Shown here: positions 15,362-18,453 of the stretch, in pieces
Numbering within the stretch: the first letter of the stretch is position 1
Layout of the letters: each line of letters begins with the position of its first letter
Assembly (NCBI GenBank): GCA_964534375.1
Contig: CAZHPN010000130.1
Coordinates: 1 to 18,453, forward strand
Length of the DNA: 18,453 nucleotides
Direction of reading: 5' to 3'
Source: an uncultured bacterium
GTDB lineage: Bacteria; Lernaellota; Lernaellaia; Lernaellales; Lernaellaceae
Made by a program: the position numbers and the translations under genes
The notes under the pieces: generated by a model
Told to the model about the DNA's origin: nothing
Databases searched by the model: none
Seen by the model: only the letters and a program-made list of their open reading frames with translations

Positions 15362-16899
15362 ACCTGGTGGATTATTTCCGCGAGAAAACCGCCGCGTACG
15401 CCGACCATCCGTTCCTTTTCTTTTTCGATGAAACGTACACCTACGGCGAATTCGCCCGGCGCGCTCGCCAACTGGCGGCCGGCCTGCAGCGGCTCGGCGT
15501 GAAAAAGGGCGATTTCGTGCACGTGCTCGTCGAGAACTCGCCGGAAACGCTGCTCAGCTATTTCGCCATTCAGTTTCTCGGCGCGATCGCCGGGCCGATC
15601 AACGGCTGGTGGAAAGCCGAGGAAGTGCGCTTTTTGCTCAACGATTCCCGCGGCGAGACGCTCATTGTCGGGACGCAATATCTGGGAATTCTCGACGCGA
15701 TCCGCGCCGACTGCCCGCACCTGAAACGCGTGATCGAAATCGGCGGCGCGTCGCGGCCGGGCCACGTGTCGTTCGAATCGCTGCTGGACGACGCCGTGGA
15801 CGCGCAGGCGGCCCAAGTCGGCGACAACGAACCGAGCTTCATTTTTTACACCTCGGGCACAACCGGCGAACCGAAGGGCGTGCTGCTGTCGCACAAGAAC
15901 GTCGTCGCCGACATCGAGGGTTTCCAAGATCTGCTCGGGCTGCCGGAATTCTGCCGCATCATGGTTTTCTTGCCGCTGTTTCACGTCAACGCGATGCTCA
16001 CCAGCTATTCGAGCCTGTTCAAAGGCCATGCCATCGTGTTGCGCAAGAAATTCTCCGCGCAGGAATTTTGGCCGGCGGTGGAAAAATACAAGGTCAATTT
16101 CTTCTCGGCCGTGCCGGCGGTTTATCATATCCTGCTCAAAGACCCCGGCCGCGCGAGCTACGATACGAGTTCGCTAATGTTCGGCATTTGCGGGGCGGCG
16201 CCGATGCCGGTCGAGACCTTCAACGAATTCGAGCGCGTCTTCAAGATTCCGATCATCGAAGGCTACGGCCTGACCGAAGTCACCTGCGTCTCGACGGTCA
16301 ATCCGCGCGTCGGCGTGCGCAAGGTCGGGTCGATCGGCCTGCCGATCAACGGCCAGGAAATCAAGATCGTCGATGAAGACAACCGCGAATTGCCGACCGG
16401 CCAGCCGGGCGAGATCGTCATTCGCGGCGACGCCGTGATGCTCGGCTATTACAACCGGCCCAAAGAAACGGCGGCCACGATCGACGCGGCGGGATTTCTG
16501 CATACCGGCGACGTCGGCTATCGCGACGCGGACGGCTACATCTTCATCGTCGATCGCATCAAGGAGATGGTCATTCGCGGCGGCGAAAACATCTACCCGA
16601 AGGAGATCGACAACGCCCTCGCCTTCCACCCGACGGTCAGCGAAGCCGCGTGCGTCGGCGTGCCCGACAAGGACTTGGGCGAAGAAGTCAAAGCGTTCGT
16701 GATCTTGAAGGAAGGCCAATCGGCGACGGCGGACGAACTGCGCGCGTTTCTTGCCCAGCGGCTCGCCGATTTCAAGATCCCGCGCTATTTCGAGTTTCTC
16801 GACCGCGATTTTCCGCGCAACCCGGTCGGCAAGATTTTGAAAAAAGTGTTGAAGAAATGGGCGGTCGAGGGCGTGCCCGAGCGATCGCAGACGAAATAA
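15358..16899 (+). CDS. Acyl-CoA ligase (LcfB/CaiC-like class I adenylate-forming enzyme)
   Basis: YTSGTTGEPKG, LPLFHVNA, EGYGLTE, TGDVG, GGENIYP, PRNPVGKI; ATGA overlap with the upstream ligase. Confidence 0.95.
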   Translation: MNLVDYFREKTAAYADHPFLFFFDETYTYGEFARRARQLAAGLQRLGVKKGDFVHVLVENSPETLLSYFAIQFLGAIAGPINGWWKAEEVRFLLNDSRGETLIVGTQYLGILDAIRADCPHLKRVIEIGGASRPGHVSFESLLDDAVDAQAAQVGDNEPSFIFYTSGTTGEPKGVLLSHKNVVADIEGFQDLLGLPEFCRIMVFLPLFHVNAMLTSYSSLFKGHAIVLRKKFSAQEFWPAVEKYKVNFFSAVPAVYHILLKDPGRASYDTSSLMFGICGAAPMPVETFNEFERVFKIPIIEGYGLTEVTCVSTVNPRVGVRKVGSIGLPINGQEIKIVDEDNRELPTGQPGEIVIRGDAVMLGYYNRPKETAATIDAAGFLHTGDVGYRDADGYIFIVDRIKEMVIRGGENIYPKEIDNALAFHPTVSEAACVGVPDKDLGEEVKAFVILKEGQSATADELRAFLAQRLADFKIPRYFEFLDRDFPRNPVGKILKKVLKKWAVEGVPERSQTK

Positions 16900-16940
16900 G
16901 GCGTGTTTGTTTTTCGCCATTAGCAACCGGAGGTAAAGCG

Positions 16941-18086
16941 ATGACCAAACGAGCGGCGATTTGCGCCGTAGCGCAAACCAGCTACGAGCGCGACAAATGG
17001 TACATTCGACACCAGGGCATGGTGTGGGAGGTGGTCGAGCAATTGCTCAAGTCCACCGGCCTGGACTACGCCGAGGACACGGGCATCGGCCAAATCGTCA
17101 CCGTGTCCGACGATCTGTTCGACGGCCGGACCATTTCCGATGCGGCGGTGACCGACGCCGTGGGCGCGCATTTCCGCGCCGAGGAAAAGGTGTCGCAGGA
17201 CGGCGCGATGGCGGTTTATTACGCGCTGTCGTTGATCCTGTCGGGGCACACGGATTTGGTGCTGATCGTGGGGCACTGCAAGGAGAGCCAACCGGGCAGC
17301 CGGCGGCTCGTGACGCACCTGGCGTTCGATCCGTTCTTCACGCGGCCGGTTGGGCTCGATTACGTCGGCGCGGCGGGTCTGCAGGCGCAGGCCTACCACG
17401 CGAAAACGGGCCTGAAGGCCGAGCAACTGGCCGACGTGGTCGTGCGCGCGCGGAAAAACGCCGCCAAAAATCCGCAGATCAAGGATCTGCCGGCGGTGAC
17501 GGCGGCCGACGTGCTCGCCTCGCCGATGCTCGCCGACCCGATTCGCGAATTGATGATGTACCCGGTCACCGATGCGGCGGTCGGCATGATCGTCGCCTCG
17601 GAAGAGCGCGCCAAAAAGCTGACCGACAAGCCGGTGTGGATTACGGGCGTCGGCTGCTGCTACGACAGCTTCTTCCTTGGCGACCGCGATCTGACCAGCA
17701 ACTTCGCGCTGAAGAACGCCGCCAAACGCGCCTACGCGATGGCCGGCGGCGACGGCGCGGACGTGTATGAACTCAGCGATATGTACGCCTACCAAATGCC
17801 GTTGTGGGCCGAGGGCCTCGGCCTGTGCGGCGCCGGCGAAGGCGCCAAATGGCTCGCCGCGGGCGGCCCGGACAAGAAAAACGTCAACCTCGCCGGCGGC
17901 ACGCTCGCGGGCGCACCGATGATTCTCGGCGGCCTGACGCGCGTCATCGAAGCGGCCCTGCAACTGCGCGGCGAAGCCGGCGCGCGGCAAGTCCGCGGCG
18001 CCAAACGGGCCGTCGCGCACGGCAGCACCGGCCCCGCGGGACAGCACCACACCGTCGTGGCGCTCGCGAACGAGGGAGGACGCTGA
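16941..18086 (+). CDS. Thiolase-fold (SCP-x/lipid-transfer type) protein, Ltp4-like
   Basis: GGAGG RBS before ATG 16941. SDDLFDGRTIS...DAVGA...E.KV..DGAMA.Y.A...I.SG..D..L..G..KES resembles mycobacterial Ltp4 from memory. Also PVTDAA, NLAGG and QLRGEAG.RQV. No Cys at the thiolase nucleophile position. Confidence 0.85.
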   Translation: MTKRAAICAVAQTSYERDKWYIRHQGMVWEVVEQLLKSTGLDYAEDTGIGQIVTVSDDLFDGRTISDAAVTDAVGAHFRAEEKVSQDGAMAVYYALSLILSGHTDLVLIVGHCKESQPGSRRLVTHLAFDPFFTRPVGLDYVGAAGLQAQAYHAKTGLKAEQLADVVVRARKNAAKNPQIKDLPAVTAADVLASPMLADPIRELMMYPVTDAAVGMIVASEERAKKLTDKPVWITGVGCCYDSFFLGDRDLTSNFALKNAAKRAYAMAGGDGADVYELSDMYAYQMPLWAEGLGLCGAGEGAKWLAAGGPDKKNVNLAGGTLAGAPMILGGLTRVIEAALQLRGEAGARQVRGAKRAVAHGSTGPAGQHHTVVALANEGGR

Positions 18087-18088
18087 CC

Positions 18089-18453
18089 ATGAAACATCGA
18101 AACGTAGGCATTATCGGCGTCGGGCAAACGGTGCATTCCAGCCACCGCGAAGACGTCAACCAACCCGAGTTGATCCATGAAGCGGTCACCGCGGCTCTCG
18201 CGGACGCCGGCATGACCATGGCCGACGTCGACTGCGTCGTCCACGGCAACATGGAACTTTTCGAAATGATCCATCAACCCGATATGTGGCACGTCATCGG
18301 CGACGGCGCATACGGCAAGCCGGGCATCCGCGTGACCACCGGCGGCACCACCGGCGCGACGCTCGTTTGCGCCGCCGATGCGCTGGTCGCCAGCGGCCTG
18401 CACGACATTGTGCTCGCCATCGGCTTCGAGAAGCTGCAAGAAGGCCACACGAC
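18089..18453 (+). CDS. Thiolase-fold protein, Ltp3-like (N-terminal part, truncated by the window edge; absent from the ORF track)
   Basis: GGAGGA RBS; open frame MKHRNVGIIGVGQTVHSSHREDVNQPELIHEAVTAALADAGMTMADVDCVVHGNMELFEMIHQPDMWHVIGDGAYGKPGIRVTTGGTTGATL...LVASG..DIVLAIGFEK. Confidence 0.88.
   Translation, partial: MKHRNVGIIGVGQTVHSSHREDVNQPELIHEAVTAALADAGMTMADVDCVVHGNMELFEMIHQPDMWHVIGDGAYGKPGIRVTTGGTTGATLVCAADALVASGLHDIVLAIGFEKLQEGHT

Noticed and set aside
310..18448. Many long alternative-frame and antisense ORFs (e.g. 310-1566 -, 1860-3308 +, 3029-4396 -, 9490-11319 -, 13346-15289 -, 17789-18448 -)
   Set aside because: They overlap well-supported genes, are Arg/Ala/Gly-rich without motifs, and are expected shadows in high-GC DNA.

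Overview
GC-rich bacterial window with three blocks. (1) 475-4591: a [FeFe]-hydrogenase maturation unit, hydF - aspartate ammonia-lyase-like gene - hydG. No hydE or hydA is present in the window. (2) 4842-9814: an accessory stretch. It holds a divergent pair of exported proteins (a signal-peptide SRPBCC protein and a 525-aa lipoprotein of unknown function with an Asp-rich linker), a Gfo/Idh/MocA oxidoreductase coupled to a DUF1385-like membrane protein, and a stand-alone tandem-CBS protein. (3) 10000 to the end: a TetR-led lipid-catabolic operon with a candidate promoter and double operator. It encodes a small PHP metallohydrolase, two coupled acyl-CoA dehydrogenases (only one with a canonical catalytic Glu), two acyl-CoA ligases and two Cys-less thiolase-fold proteins resembling actinobacterial Ltp4/Ltp3 aldolases. 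The intergenic DNA of the first 7.3 kb is rich in structured repeats: REP-like composites, an 8/9-mer palindrome and three different heptamer arrays. A pair of inverted 9-mer arms 2.6 kb apart brackets the SRPBCC/lipoprotein pair. All protein calls come from motif recognition by eye; no database search was run.
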